64,000 nt of DNA from the human T2T-CHM13v2.0 reference genome, Homo sapiens. The number at the start of each line of letters is the position of its first letter. The stretch's first letter is position 1. Under the pieces are notes generated by a model. That model ran no database searches. It was not told where the DNA came from and saw only the letters and a list, made by a program, of their open reading frames with translations. The stretch lies in the NCBI RefSeq assembly GCF_009914755.1, contig NC_060945.1; one strand, given 5' to 3'. Below, piece after piece: positions 1 through 13,934 of this stretch. The position numbers and the translations under genes were made by a program.

Positions 1-2002
1 CAATTTCTGGACTTGAGCCAGTTTATAGATGCAGAGCCCCTTGCGTGAAAGGGAGACCAGGTCTCCCTGAAGAAGGACACTGGTACACTACTGAAAATGT
101 ATACCGTTAAAGTTTCTCTGATGCTTCCCCAAAGGGACCTCTGGCATTTAGCCAGAATGACTGTGCATTGTGGGAAAGGAAATAATCAGATTTTTCAAGG
201 ACCTACTGGACACTGCCTCTGAACCTAAAACATCACTGGGGCCATTCAATTAGGGTAGGGTTTATTGAGATCAAGTCATTAATGGAGTTTTGGCTCAGTT
301 CTGACTTACGGTATGTCCAGGAGGTCTCCAGACCCACATGTGGTCATTTCCCCCATGCTGGATGCATAATTAGAATAGATGCACACTTAGCAGATGGCAG
401 AATCCCTACATTGGTTACCTGACCTGTGGAATCAGGGCTTCTATGGCAGGAAAGGCCAAATGGAAGCTGTTAGAGCTCCCTCTACCTAGGAAAATAGTAA
501 ATCAAAAACAATATTGCACCCCTGAAGGTGTTACAGAGATTAGTGCTACCATTAAGGACTTGAAAGATGCAGGGGTGGTCATTTCCATCAAATCCCCATT
601 CAACTCTTCTGCTTGGCCTGTGCAGAAGACAGATGGATTTTGGAGAATGACAGTGGACTTTCATAAGCTTAACCAGGTGGTGACTCCAATTGCAGCTGCT
701 GTACCAAATGTAGTTTCATTGCTTGAGAAAATCAACACATCTCCTTGTACATGGTATGCAGCTATTGATCTGGCAAATGCCTTTGTTGCCTCATCCCTGT
801 CCATAAGGCTCACAGGAGGCAGTTTTCTTTCAGCTGGCAGGGCCAGCAATACACCTTCACTGTCCTACCTCAAGGGCCTATCGTCTCTCTAGTCCTATGT
901 CACAAGTTTGTTTGCAGGGAACTTGATTGCCTTTCCTTCCACAAGATGTCATACTGGTGTGTTACATTGATGACTTTATGCTGATTGGACCTAGTGAGCA
1001 AGAAGTAGAAATTGTTCTGGAATTATTGGTAAGACATTTGCATGTCAGAGGGTGAGAGTGAAATCCATTTAAGATTCAGGGGCCTTCTACCTTAGTGAAA
1101 TTTTCAAGGGTCCAGTGGTATTGGGCCTGTTGAAACATCCCTTCTAATGTGAAGGATAAGTTGCTGCATCTGGCCCCTCCTACAACCAAAACAGAAGGAC
1201 AACACCTAGTGGGTCAATTTGGATTTTGGAGGGAAGATGGTTGGGTGTTTCTCCAGTTCATTCATAAAGTGATCCAGAAAAAGCTGTTAGTTTTGAGTGG
1301 GGCTCAGAAAAGAAGGCTCTGCAACAGGCCCAGGCTGTTGTTCAAGCTGCCCTGCCACCTGGACCATATGACCCAGCAGATCCAATGGTGCTGGAGGTGT
1401 CAGTGGCAGAGAGGAAAACAGTGTGGAGCTTCAGGCATTCCCTATAGGTGAATTGCAGTGGAGGCCTCTCGGATTTTGGAGGAAGGCTCTGCCATCCTCC
1501 ACAGATAACCATTCTCTTTTTGAGACAGCTCTTGGCCTGCAACTGGGCCTTGATAGAAACTAAACACTTTACCATGGGCTACCAGGTTACCATGTGACCT
1601 GGGGTCCCCATCACAGACTGGGTCATAAAGTTGGGCATGCACATGACCCACCACGCCGTAAAGTTGGGCATGCACAGGAGCTGTCCATCATCAGACAGGA
1701 GTGGTCTGTACGTGACTGGGCCCAAGCAGGCCCTGAAAACATGAGTAAGTTACACGAAGAAGTGACCCCAATGGCCATGGTCCCCACTCCTGCTATACTG
1801 CCTTCTCTCTTCCAGCCTGCACCGTGGCCTCATGGGAAGTTCCCTATGATCAGGTGACAGAGGAAGGGAAGACTCGGGCTTGGTTTACAGATGGTTCTGC
1901 ACCATGTGTGGGCACCATCCAGAAGTGCACACTTGCAGCACCACGACCCCTTGCTGGGACACCCCGGAAGGATGGTGGTGAATGGAAATCTTCCCAGTGG
2001 GA
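1..2002 (+). mobile_element. ERV-L (HERV-L-like) internal remnant: protease, RT and start of RNase H; frameshifted pseudogene
   Basis: Protease motif LLDTAS at 203-220; ORF 443-892 has the RT N-terminus ([28 protein letters not shown]...[11 protein letters not shown]); YIDD at 963-974 in a shifted frame; RNase H AWFTDGSA at 1878-1901; multiple stops and frameshifts. Confidence 0.92.
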
Positions 2003-2340
2003 AATTATGGTTACCAGCTGCTTGGAAAGGAGCAGGTGGGGAGAAGGGATCAAGAGAAGTTGGTTGAGGGGTACAAAAATACAGGTAGACAGAAGGAATA
2101 AGCTCTAAAGTTCAATAGCAGAGTAGGATGACTATAGCTAATAATAATGTACTGTGTACTTCAAAATACCTAGAAAAGAAGATTTGTAATGATCCTAACA
2201 CAAAAAATGATATATGTTTGAGGTGATTGATATCCCGATTTCCCTGATTTAATCATCTCACATTGTATACAGGTATCAAAATATTACATGCACCTCTAAA
2301 ATATGTACAATCTTTATATACCAATGAAAATAATTAATTA
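2003..2340 (+). mobile_element. Old L1 (L1MA-like) 3' end fragment
   Basis: ggttaccag...gggtacaaaaatacagg...tcacattgtatacaggtatcaaaatattacatgcacc resembles an L1MA 3'UTR and ends in AT-rich sequence. Confidence 0.75.
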
Positions 2341-2591
2341 ACAATTAAATGAAAAAGGATATCAAAATGTATGAATGCTATGCTTGCGAATATGAAAATA
2401 ATTATACAAATATGGTAACAGAGAAAGGTGATGACATTAAAATTAATTTTTAAACTTAAAAAAAGACAAACTCAGGGTTTGAGGTTTAATAAAATTATTT
2501 CAGATTATTTCATCAAGAAGAATTCAATGACTACTATTAAGTTTGAATCCATGGCCTTCATTTATCCTGAAGCACCAGAAGTTTTACCTAC

Positions 2592-3366
<775 letters not shown>

Positions 3367-5029
3367 CTTAGCATCACTTTTGCATTATCAGTGCAAATGT
3401 CTACACAGTGCAAAAAAAAAAAAGGCAAATAGCACCTTAGTATTATATTAAGAAAATCTTTTTGATTATATGATATAAGTGCTTTTGACCTCATGGCCCA
3501 CAGAAAGGGTCTCAGAGATTCCACAGCCTACACGTGGAAAATCTCTGCCCTAACCCGTTTTTCTCTCCTGACATCTCTGCAGTCTCAAACCTTCATAACA
3601 GACAAATAATTGGACTCTGTACCAAACCTGATTAAAGAAGAGCTTAGAGTCTCTGAGAAGAAGACAACAGGACCATCCTGGAGGGCCCTCCGAGTGCTTT
3701 GATTCCTGGGAAAAGCAATTCCCTGAGCCTTGCTGTGCTACACAACCAAGATGGCCTTCCTGACATCATTTCCCCAAGTGCCCTTGATTCAAAAGGTTTT
3801 TTTTTTGATGATTCTATTTGACACAAAGTCCTAAGAGTTCCTGTTCCTGCGCTTCGAGAGTAGCCGTCACGCATATTTTATCTCTATAAATTATGAGAAA
3901 TTGAGCCATCATGGGGTGGGAACAAAACAGGACATGTTCTTTATTTCCCCTTTTGTCCCCTCGAGGCGCAGCGTGGGCGGATAGAACTTGGGAGAGGCAA
4001 GAAGGTACTCCTGTTGGCTGAGAGCTCAGGAAGTTTTGGACCAAAGCCAGGCCACCTCAAGAAAAAGGAGAAAGGGAAAGAAAATTCCACAGTTGGTGGT
4101 AGAACTGTCTCTTTGCCTGGGGGAACTTTAGCATTCAAGTTATTAAATAAAGCAGCCCATCTGGCAGTTGGCTATGAGAAGCAATTCATACCATTGTAAA
4201 TGGATTAGTGAAATGTAATTCCTTTCACATTTCAGTTTCAATTATTCCAAATGGGTGCACGATTCTTAATGTTCAGGAATTGTTTTGAATGTCTGCAGAA
4301 ATGCAAAAAGTAAATATGTTTCCTGTTAGGGGGCTCCAAAGAATGTTTCCCATTCTCGTTCTTGCCGTCTTTGCCTTAGTCCACCTTTTTAGCGCCAGGT
4401 CAATCAGCAGCCTTATTTAGGTACGAAGAAGGGAATTCATTTGTGTTCACTGAGAAGACTTGAAATGCCCCGGGGAAGACCTGAGGAGGGGCTGTTGTGG
4501 TCCTTACCCAACGCTCTCAAATGGTGATTCTGACAGGAGCCTGGAGCTGGCAGGGTGAGAGTTCCTACCCCTGGAGCCTGGCTCTGTTGAATTCCTAGAA
4601 GAAGAGTAATTAACATGGGCTGCAGCAATGGCTTGGGAGGGTGTTTGCATCTACCTGAACTCTGCAATTACATGGCACAGCCTGGTGTGGAATCCAAAGA
4701 GCAGCCCTCGGGATGATCATGAACTTGGGTGCTACCTCAAGTTGGGAGCAGCTGAGCCCTGCTCATCACCCAAGGGTGGGATCACCTCAGGGCCACCCTG
4801 CACACACAATGGGCTGTTTTTGCTGGTCGGTATTGATGCCCTTTATACATGTGGTACTGAGCTCAGTGACCACCCAGGTGGTCAGCACTTGTTGCCCCTT
4901 TTATACCAGGAAGCTATGAATGGCTGCAGAGAGACAGGCTGTAAAAGTCAAGTCCAAATACAGAAATTCTATGGATTGTAGCTGCAGAAAAAAAAAAAAA
5001 ATCCCTTTCAAATGTGGTACTAGGGAGTG

Positions 5030-5340
5030 GGGGAGGAATGTTGTTTTCCCCTGGGAAATCACGACTCCACGAATTTCATTCACAGAGGTGATAGGAAAAT
5101 ATAAAAGCTGGGCCAAGTGGACAAAAAAAAAGGCAACAAGAAGTACAGCCTGTTTGATCACAAAGTCAAGGAGGAGCAGCTTCAGGCACAGGGTTGGGGG
5201 CGGGGGGCTTCCCCGCGTGAAGCCAAGGAATGCAACGTGGATCTCACAGAGAAGGACCCAGGCAGGGGCAGGGGAAAGGACAGCTGTGGAGGAAGTGACC
5301 AGGCCCAAAGCAAGTGACGGTGCAGGACACGTGCAAATTC
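5030..5340. promoter_or_regulatory. Candidate promoter/enhancer motif cluster in unique sequence
   Basis: GGAATG 5035-5040, TATAAAA 5100-5106, GC box 5197-5206 overlapping kB-like GGGGCTTCCC 5204-5213, AGGAAGTG 5290-5297, CACGTG 5328-5333; motif evidence only. Confidence 0.3.
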
Positions 5341-8300
5341 CACAGCCACTGGATGCTAGCACAAATAAGTGTGAGAAACACACTCCCGGCTGGGGTGTGA
5401 GTGCCTGAGAACCACAAACGTACCTCCGTCCTGCCTGCATTCATGTATCCCTATTGCATTCAAGTTGCCAGTACTCACCACCAAATACATCTACAATGCC
5501 CAATTTAAACCAATGTACTGGAAATGTCATTGAGTGCCAGGGGTTACACAGAACCTGCAGCCCAAACCTCTCCAGGCTCCTCAAGGAAATATCTGGCTCC
5601 AAACTTTCTTTTAATTACTGAAAATCCCAGATGCTCCACATATAGAGAGATTAACAGATGCTCCAGGGGACAAGGTCTATGAACATGCAATTACCCTACA
5701 AATTCATAGTATTAGTTCTTGGTTTAAACAGATTTCCTTCTTTTACCCAGTTGAAAAGCATCTCTGGAAGTCAGAAGTAGTAACTAGGTGTTTTCCCTCC
5801 ATTTCATCTCTGCCCCCAAATAAAGAAAAAAAAAAAGTCTCTCTGACTTATTTTCTAGCTCCAGGTCAAAGGACAAAATGGAAAGAACATTTTGAGGCTG
5901 TATTTTCTCATTTAGAACCTTCTTACCACTTCTCGAATGAGCATCACGTTGCATAAGAAAAGGGTTTCCCCCACCCCTCACCTGTGTTCACAGGTAGGGC
6001 CGACTCTTTCTTTCCTGCACCTGGGGTCACACAGAAGATTCTCAAGTGGGGCTTCTTCTACTTGCATTTCAGAGCTAGACAGGGCTGGAAGAATGGTGAT
6101 ACACGCCTGACCAATTTTATTGTCATCTGTCAAAGAGCCCACTAGCCCTGTAAGAGGGAGACAGGTGATGGGAATAAAGAAGCTAGAGTTTCAGGGCTGC
6201 CATCACGGTCTGGGGTTTCATTGCAATATTCTGTGATTTTATGGGAATGCAAATAATGGATACGAAGGAAGACAGAGAATGAGAGACCTGCAGAGGTAAG
6301 AGTAACTCACCTGAAGTCGAAAAGAGGCCAAGGCCCAGGCTATTTCATGATTTCTTATCAACTTTTATTTTTATATTCCAATCACAGCTGCCAGTGGGAT
6401 TAATTTTAAGTGTATATTTAACTCCTAACAGAGTGGAGCTTGCCACAGTCTCTACCATAATGAGACAATTGTAAATTACTCATACAGGAATAAAAATTAT
6501 CCAGTTAAACGATGTAGATTAGCTGTCTAAACTGTCCAAACTCGCTTTCTTTCCTCCTTTGAGGACTTTCCTCCTTAGACTCCTATATAGTGAGTCTCTG
6601 TGTGTGTGCACCAGTGTGTGTGTGCACAAGCATGTATATTTCTGTGTTTGTGTGAGTGCTTCTCTGAGCAGTAATTCCACCCAAGGAGTCTGCACTGTGC
6701 TAAAACCAGTGGGTGCTTTAAAAAAAAAAAAAAGACAGAGAGAGATGGGTGTTTCAGGGATCTCTGAAATTTTTTTCGTGGTATTAAGAAATACAAATAT
6801 TCCTCAAAACTGAAAAAAAAATTTAGAATAAATCTATTATCTGATAGGGTAGGAGAGGGAATTTGCTGAGTCAAGTGTGATTAAAGCTGAACCATCAGAT
6901 TTACATCCTATACAAATTGTCAACTTCCAGAAAGGTCACATGAAGATTTTTCCAACAGAGCAACTACATTGGAGTTCAGCTGGAATTGCACTAAATCTAA
7001 ATTTTCCACAATGTTCTAGAGAAAAAAATGTAAACTCCTGTTTGTTTTTTCCTGCTCTTACTGAACTCATGGTCTCAGCCCTGCTTGGATCTGGGGGCCG
7101 TTTAAATGTCTGATAGAATCTATGGACTTTCTTCCCCAACAGACCCAATTTAGATACAGATTTCAAGAGTTTATGAATCCTTTGAACCAGATACATTGAC
7201 CATTTAGAAAGTTAAGAACTCTAGACTCATTCTTTAAACAAATATGTACCAAGCATTGACTATGTGCGAGTCCATTACTAGGTACCAAGTACACAGAGAT
7301 CTCAGAAAAAGTGGTCTCTGTTCTCAGGAAGGAGAACAAGGGCAATATGCAGATAAGCAAATAGTATCTAATAATATAAGCAGCAGATAAGCAAATAATA
7401 AATAAGATAGCTGCTAATCATAATGAATTCTAGGAAGAAAGTAATCTGGAGTGGCTCACACTGCCCCAGGAACATGATTATAAGATCACATTTCTCTAAA
7501 TTTTATGTGTAATAGAGTTTTGTGGGTAGAAAACAGCTTTTAAATACTAGAATTGACTCCACAGTATCATATTATTATTCTAGATCAAGAGACTCTTAGG
7601 ATCCTGAGTCTCCCACAAGGGAAGGGATCTCCCATTTAGTTTCTCTCCATTACTCACAGATAATCCCACCTTCTTGAACTCTTTCCAGAAAGAACCAAAA
7701 GGATGCAACTTCACAGGGCACCCTGCTCCATTTGAACACTCCCAGTTGTTAGATCGATGTCTTTTACTTATAACAACTTGAAATTTGACTTTTTATAACT
7801 TCCAAACAAGTATATTATGATTATTTCTAAATTATCAAATAAAGGATGAGTCTCACCCATCCTTTTGTAGATCCTTCCATAGGCTCTTTTTTCTAGGTTA
7901 GACATTCAGTTTCCATAGTAATTCCTGAATAATTAATTCACCATACTTCTCATTCCAATCTTTTAAAGCCCTGGAGCTGAACTGAATAATGCAGAATATT
8001 CCATAGCAATCACCATCTTTGGCATAAAGCATTTTATTTATATTAAGCCTCAGATTGCTTTTATTTTCTTACTTAATTCAGTACCCCACTGATGCTATTG
8101 AGCTTCCCAGTAATTAAAACCACCTCAGCGTTTCTGTTAACTATTCTTAATCCAAGTCGTCTCCTTTCTACTGGTTTTTTTTTTTAATCTAGCTTCTTGA
8201 ATTGAATGCTTAACTAATTTACTTGTCTTCTTTAAATATTTAAGTATTTATTATACAAGACTATTATTTAGTAAGACTAAATATTACATATAATTTTATT

Positions 8301-8545
8301 TGTTCAAATTAAATAAAACCATTTAAGGCTATAAATGTACCAGGAAGTGCTGCTTTGGCAGCATCCCACCAGTTTCTTAAGCAGAGTTTCACTGTTGTTC
8401 TAACTACTTCTTAATCTGCACTGCAAATTTTCTGCTAACTAAAGAGGTATTTAGTAAAAGCATAATGTGCATTTGCTGTATTATCTGAGAATATTAAATT
8501 CTGCTATAAAGACAAGGACAAAAACAGGATGGATGACACCCCATG

Positions 8546-10821
8546 TGTATTAGTCTTCTCACGCTACTAATAAAGACATATCCAAGACGGGGTAATTTAT
8601 AAAGGAAAGAGGTTTAATGGACTCACAGTTCCACATGGCTGGGGAGGCCTCACAATCATGGTGAAAGGCAAGGAGGAGCAATGTCATGTCTTACATGGTG
8701 GCAGGCAAGAGCACGCGTGCAGGGGAACTCCCCTTTATAAAACCATCATATCTCATGAGACTTATCTACTATTATGAGAACAGCATGGGAAAGACCTGGT
8801 CCCATGATTCAATTCCCTCCCACTGGGTCCCTCCTATGACACATAGGAATTATGGGAGCTGCAATTCAAGATGAGATTTGGGTAGGGAGAGAGTCAAACC
8901 ATATCATTCTTCCCCTGGCCCATCCCAAATCTCATGTTTTCACATTTCAAAACCAATCACGCCTTCCCAACAGTCTCCCAAAGTCTTAACTAATTCCAGC
9001 ATTAACTCGAAAGTCCACAGTCCAAAGTCTCATCTGAGACAAGGCAAGTCCCTTCTGCCTCTGAGCCTGTAAAATCAAAAGCAAGTTAGTTACTTCCTAG
9101 ATGCAATGGGGATACAGACATTGAATAAATACACCCATTCCAAATGGGAGAAATTGTCCAAAACAAAAGGGCTACAGGCCCCATGTAAGTCCAAAATCCA
9201 GCAGGGCAGTCAAATCTTAAAGTTCCGAAATGATCTCCTTTGACTCCACGTCTCACATCCAGATCATGCTGATGCAAGAGGTGGGCTCCCAAGGTCTTGG
9301 GCAGCTCTGTCCCTATGGCTTTGCAGGGTACAGTCCCCCAGATGGCTAGCACTGAGTGTCTGTGGGTTTTCTAGTGTATGGTGCAAGCTGTCAATGGTCA
9401 GATCTACCATTCTGGGGTCTGGAGGACAGTGGCCCTCTTCTCACAGCTCCACTAGGCAATGCCCTGGTAGGGACTCTGTGTGGGGGCTCTGATCCCACAT
9501 TTCCCTTCTGCATTGCCCTAACAGAGGTTCCCATAAGGGATCCACCCCTGCAGCAAACTTTTGCCTGGGCAGCCAGGCATTCCCATGCATTCTCTGGAAT
9601 CTGGGTGGAGGTTCTCAAACCTCAATTCTTGGCTTCTGTGCACCTGCAGGCTCAACACAACATGAAAGCTGCTGAGGGTTGGGGCTTTCACCCTCCAAAA
9701 TCACAGCCCAAGCTGTACCTTGGCCCCTTATAGCCATGGCTGGAGCAGCTTGTATGCAGGGCACCAAGACCCTAGACTGCACATAGCAGGGGCCCCTGGG
9801 CCCTGCCAGGAAACCATTTTTCCCTCCTAGGCCTCCAGGACTGTGATGGAAGGGGCTGCCATGAAGGTCTCTGACATGTCCTGGAGACATTTTCCCTATT
9901 GTCTTGGTGATTAACATTTGGCTCCTCCTTACTTATGCAAATTCCTACAGCTGGTTTGAATTTCTCCCCAGAAAATGGGGTTTGCTTTTCTATCACATCA
10001 TCAGGCTGAAAATTTTCCAAACTTTTATCCTCTTCTTCCTATTGAATTCTTTGACACTTAGAAAGTTCTTCCCCAGATACCCTGAAACATCTCTCTCAAG
10101 TTCAAAGTTCCACAGATCTCTAGGGCAGGGGCAAAATGCCACCAGTCTCTTTGCATAGCAAGCATGACCTTTACTCCAGTTCCCAACAAATTCCTCATCT
10201 CTATCTGAGACCACCTCAGACTGGACTTTATTGTCCATATCACTATCAGCATTTTGGTCAAAGCTATTCAACAAGTCTCTAGGAATTTCCAAACTTTCCC
10301 GCATCTTCCTACCTTCTGAGCCCTCCAAGACTCTAGGAAGTTCCAAAGTTTTCCACATTTTCCTGTCTTCCTCTGAGCTCTCCAAACTGTTCCAACATCT
10401 GCCTGTTACTCAGTCCCAAAGTTGCTTCCACATTTTTGCATATCTATACAGCAGCACCCCACTCCCAGTACCAATTTATTGTATTAGCCTGTTCTCCAGC
10501 TACTAATAAAGTCATACCCAAGACTGGGTAATTTGCAAAGGAAAGAGGTTTAATGGCTGGGGAGGCCTCACAATCATGGTGGAAGGCAAGGAGGAGCAAA
10601 GTCACATCTTACATGGTGGCAGCCAAGAGCACGTGTGCAGGGAACCCCTTTATAAAACCATCAGATCTTGTGAGACTTATTTACTATCATGACAACAGCA
10701 TGGGAAAGACCTGGCCCCATGATTCAATTACCTCCCACTGGATCCCTTCCACAACACATGGGAATTGTGGGAACGATAATTCAACATGAGATTTGGGTGG
10801 GGACACAGCTAAACCATATCT
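8546..10821 (-). mobile_element. Complete THE1 (THE1C/D-like) MaLR provirus: LTR 8546-8906, internal 8907-10479, LTR 10480-10821
   Basis: Two homologous ~350-bp LTRs (tgtattag...aaaccatatc) flank ~1.57 kb of THE1-int; degraded 5-bp flanks ccatg/tcata. Confidence 0.93.
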
Positions 10822-10989
10822 TCATAGAAGAGATGGAAAGTCTGGGCTTAGACAAGTTGCTTCCCTGGGATCACAAAGCTGGTGAGCAGTTCAACAGGAT
10901 TAGACTCTAAATCTCCTTTGACCTTTTCTCTTCACTATGATGGGAATGGAAAGTATCATCAGAAATGATAGAAAGTGTCTATAAAAGGA

Positions 10990-11160
10990 ACACTGGCACG
11001 GGGCTTGGGACACTCACTGCCTGTGTCTGCTCATCCCTCAATGAGTTAAATCACCTTAAGTGAGTCATCTGATCTCTCTGAATCCACCTGCTCTTACGTA
11101 CAGAGAGCAAAGTAGTTGGACCTAGGTGATGGCTAAGGCCCTTTTCAGCATTGACATTTT
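10990..11160. mobile_element. MIR/MIR3 fragment
   Basis: accttaagtgagtcatctgatctctctgaat...ttggacctaggtgatggctaaggcccttttcagc resembles the MIR core and MIR3 end. Confidence 0.55.
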
Positions 11161-11689
11161 TGGTATCTCCCAAAATACAAATTGGCAAATTTCATTGGGA
11201 TTTGCTTTTAGAAGTGGCTTCTGTTAGTCAGTCCCCCCACAGATGGTCAAGTCCATGCTGCACTGCACAAGGCTTTGATATAAAGGAGCACAAATTTCCT
11301 GTCATTTATGTAAAATACATCTTCTTGGCTTGGAAATCAAAGAGCTTTTTTAACTGCCAATTCTACCCTGTCCATTTGGGAACTGATGAGTATTTGAAAT
11401 GTTCCCATCATTTAGGGAATTTCCTGGCCTCTCCTAGTGCTCAGTGTGGGGGGGCTAGCCCTGCACTCCTGCATCCTGAGGTGTCAAGAGAGAGGACACC
11501 TGGATTCTGTCCTAAGTGGAGAGAATTGGAGGACGGGGATGGGGGGGTAGATAATCATAGAAAGATAATTTCAATATTCAGCTTTTCACTTGCTTTCTCT
11601 GTTTCATGCTTCATGCTTCCTTAGTATGAGACAAGTAAGCATTGGCTAGGTGAAGAGGTAGGGAGGGAGTTTTTCTGTTGGATGAAAGC

Positions 11690-12480
11690 TTTGTGGGACG
11701 AGCAGCAGCATAGTTAGGCTTCAGAAATGTGTGTAGTATAGTACTTGAGGTAGTGCATGTAAGGCAATATATATGTTGCATGACAAGAATAGAAACAAGC
11801 TGGGTCCAGCCCTGCAGGGCCAGGTCAGCAGCATGAGAAGCCAGTCTGTGCTGAAGGCAATTGGAGGCACGGAGAGGTTTCAAGCAGGAGAGCCATATGA
11901 CTAGATTCCCATTCATGAAAGAGCTCTGTGACTGCTATAAGCATTTTACAGTAGCCAGTCTGACAGCCTGGGCATTGTTTAGGAGATAGTTGCAGCAATT
12001 TTAGTGAGAGATAGTGCAATTATGCAGAGTTAGGGATATTGCAGGAGTGAGAATAAGTTGTTGAGGTTGACTTTAGAGCTCTGGTTTGGGAGCTAGGGCA
12101 GTAGTGAGGCCATTCATTGCTATCACAGAGGACTCAAAAATAGAGAAGTGAATAACTGAGTTTTGGAGAAGTTGAGTTACAGATGGGGTGCGGCAGCTAA
12201 GTGACACTATTTGGCAGAGTGGAGCACCTTCAGCAGATAGAAGGAAAGATGGTGGCTGATAGCAGAGGGAGCAGATGAGAGTAATGGGAACACAATGTAG
12301 ATTTCAGTGGGTGGTGGAATAGATGCAAGGTATAGAGTGGGGACAGCAAGTGTAGACAAGTTGGCTTCTAAAAGGAGGAGAGACAGAGGGACACATGGGG
12401 TTGGGAAAGTTGCTGTTTTGTTTGTGTTTTTGTTAATAAAGGAGATTGGGGTTGGTTTAAATGCTCACGGCAGTGTAACA
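11690..12480 (-). mobile_element. Degraded L2 fragments
   Basis: Purine-rich sequence resembling antisense L2 (ggcaattggaggcacggagaggtttcaagcagg). Confidence 0.5.
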
Positions 12481-12745
12481 GTAGAGAAAATGACCCTCAC
12501 GTCATTACTCAGCTAATGTAACAGCCTAGCACCAAACACATGTCTAAGCATGGCATTTGGGACTTTTCATAAATCAGCCTACTATGGGCAGAATTATGTC
12601 CCCAAGAAACATATGTCCAAGTCCTAACCCCTGGTACCTGTGAACATAAATTCACAGGCTACATAAGGCAATTTAACTGGAAATAGGGTCTTTGCCGATG
12701 TAATCAAGATGAGGTCAGAGTAGATTTGGGTTGAGTCTAAGTGGA

Positions 12746-12911
12746 GTCCTAAGTGGAGAGAATTGGAGGGTGGGTGAATGGATAATCATATAAAGATAAT
12801 TGCAATACCCAGCTCTTCACTGTCTTTCTCTGCTTAATGCTTTTTTAGCATGAGACAAGTAAGCATTGGCTAGGTGAAGATGTAAGGAGGGTGTTTTTCT
12901 GTTGGACAAAG
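12746..12911 (+). repeat. Second copy of a ~165-180 bp local duplication (first copy 11509-11688)
   Basis: Both copies read gtcctaagtggagagaattggagg...gataatcat...tgagacaagtaagcattggctaggtgaaga...tttttctgttgga. Confidence 0.93.
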
Positions 12912-13137
12912 GTGTCCTAAATCCAAAGAGTCCTAAATCCAACAACTGGTGTTCTTACAAGAGGGAAATTTGGACAATAAGATACACACAGGAAGTAGGC
13001 CATGGATGACAGAGGCAGGGATTTGGGTGAAGCTTCCACAAGCCAGGGACACCAAGGATAACTGGCCACCCCCAGAAACTGGAAGAGTTTTCAGAGACAG
13101 CATGGCCCTACGGCTCATGAATATGGGACTTCAATGA

Positions 13138-13496
<359 letters not shown>

Positions 13497-13934
13497 TGGA
13501 TTTCTGTTGTTTTAAGCCAGCTGGTGTACATTAGTTTTTTCCAGAGGCCCTAGGACACTCTGTCCCACCCCTCCCGAGTGTGTGAACCTGGCCCCGCAGC
13601 CACACCTGGCACTTTTCATCCCCAGCGGCTCCCTCCAGGGTCCTGCCTCCATGTCTACTGATTTCTTCCCACCTCCTGAGATGTCCTTTCCCCACCTTTT
13701 TGCCTTGAAATTCTTTCCGTCCTTCCAAACCAAATCTATGTTAGGCTTAACGTCTCTCTAGAGAACCCATCTGTAGCTCCCATGGTATCCTGCTGATGGG
13801 CACCTGTCACCCTTACCTCATCATGTTTCGCACAACACTGCTCTGATGTGTCCTCAGCCACACTGTTAACCTCTGAGAAGAAGGCTAAGCCATTTTTATC
13901 TCTGCCTCCCCACTGCTGCTGAAATGGTGGATCT

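Noticed and set aside
443-892. 149-aa RT ORF as an active or domesticated reverse transcriptase
   Set aside because: It frameshifts before the LPQG and YIDD motifs, and the surrounding pol has many stops; ordinary decayed ERV-L
4901-5440. Overlapping 179-aa (-) and 162-aa (+) ORFs as a protein-coding gene
   Set aside because: No recognisable domain; both run through poly(A)/poly(T) tracts giving poly-K or poly-F; no supported exon structure
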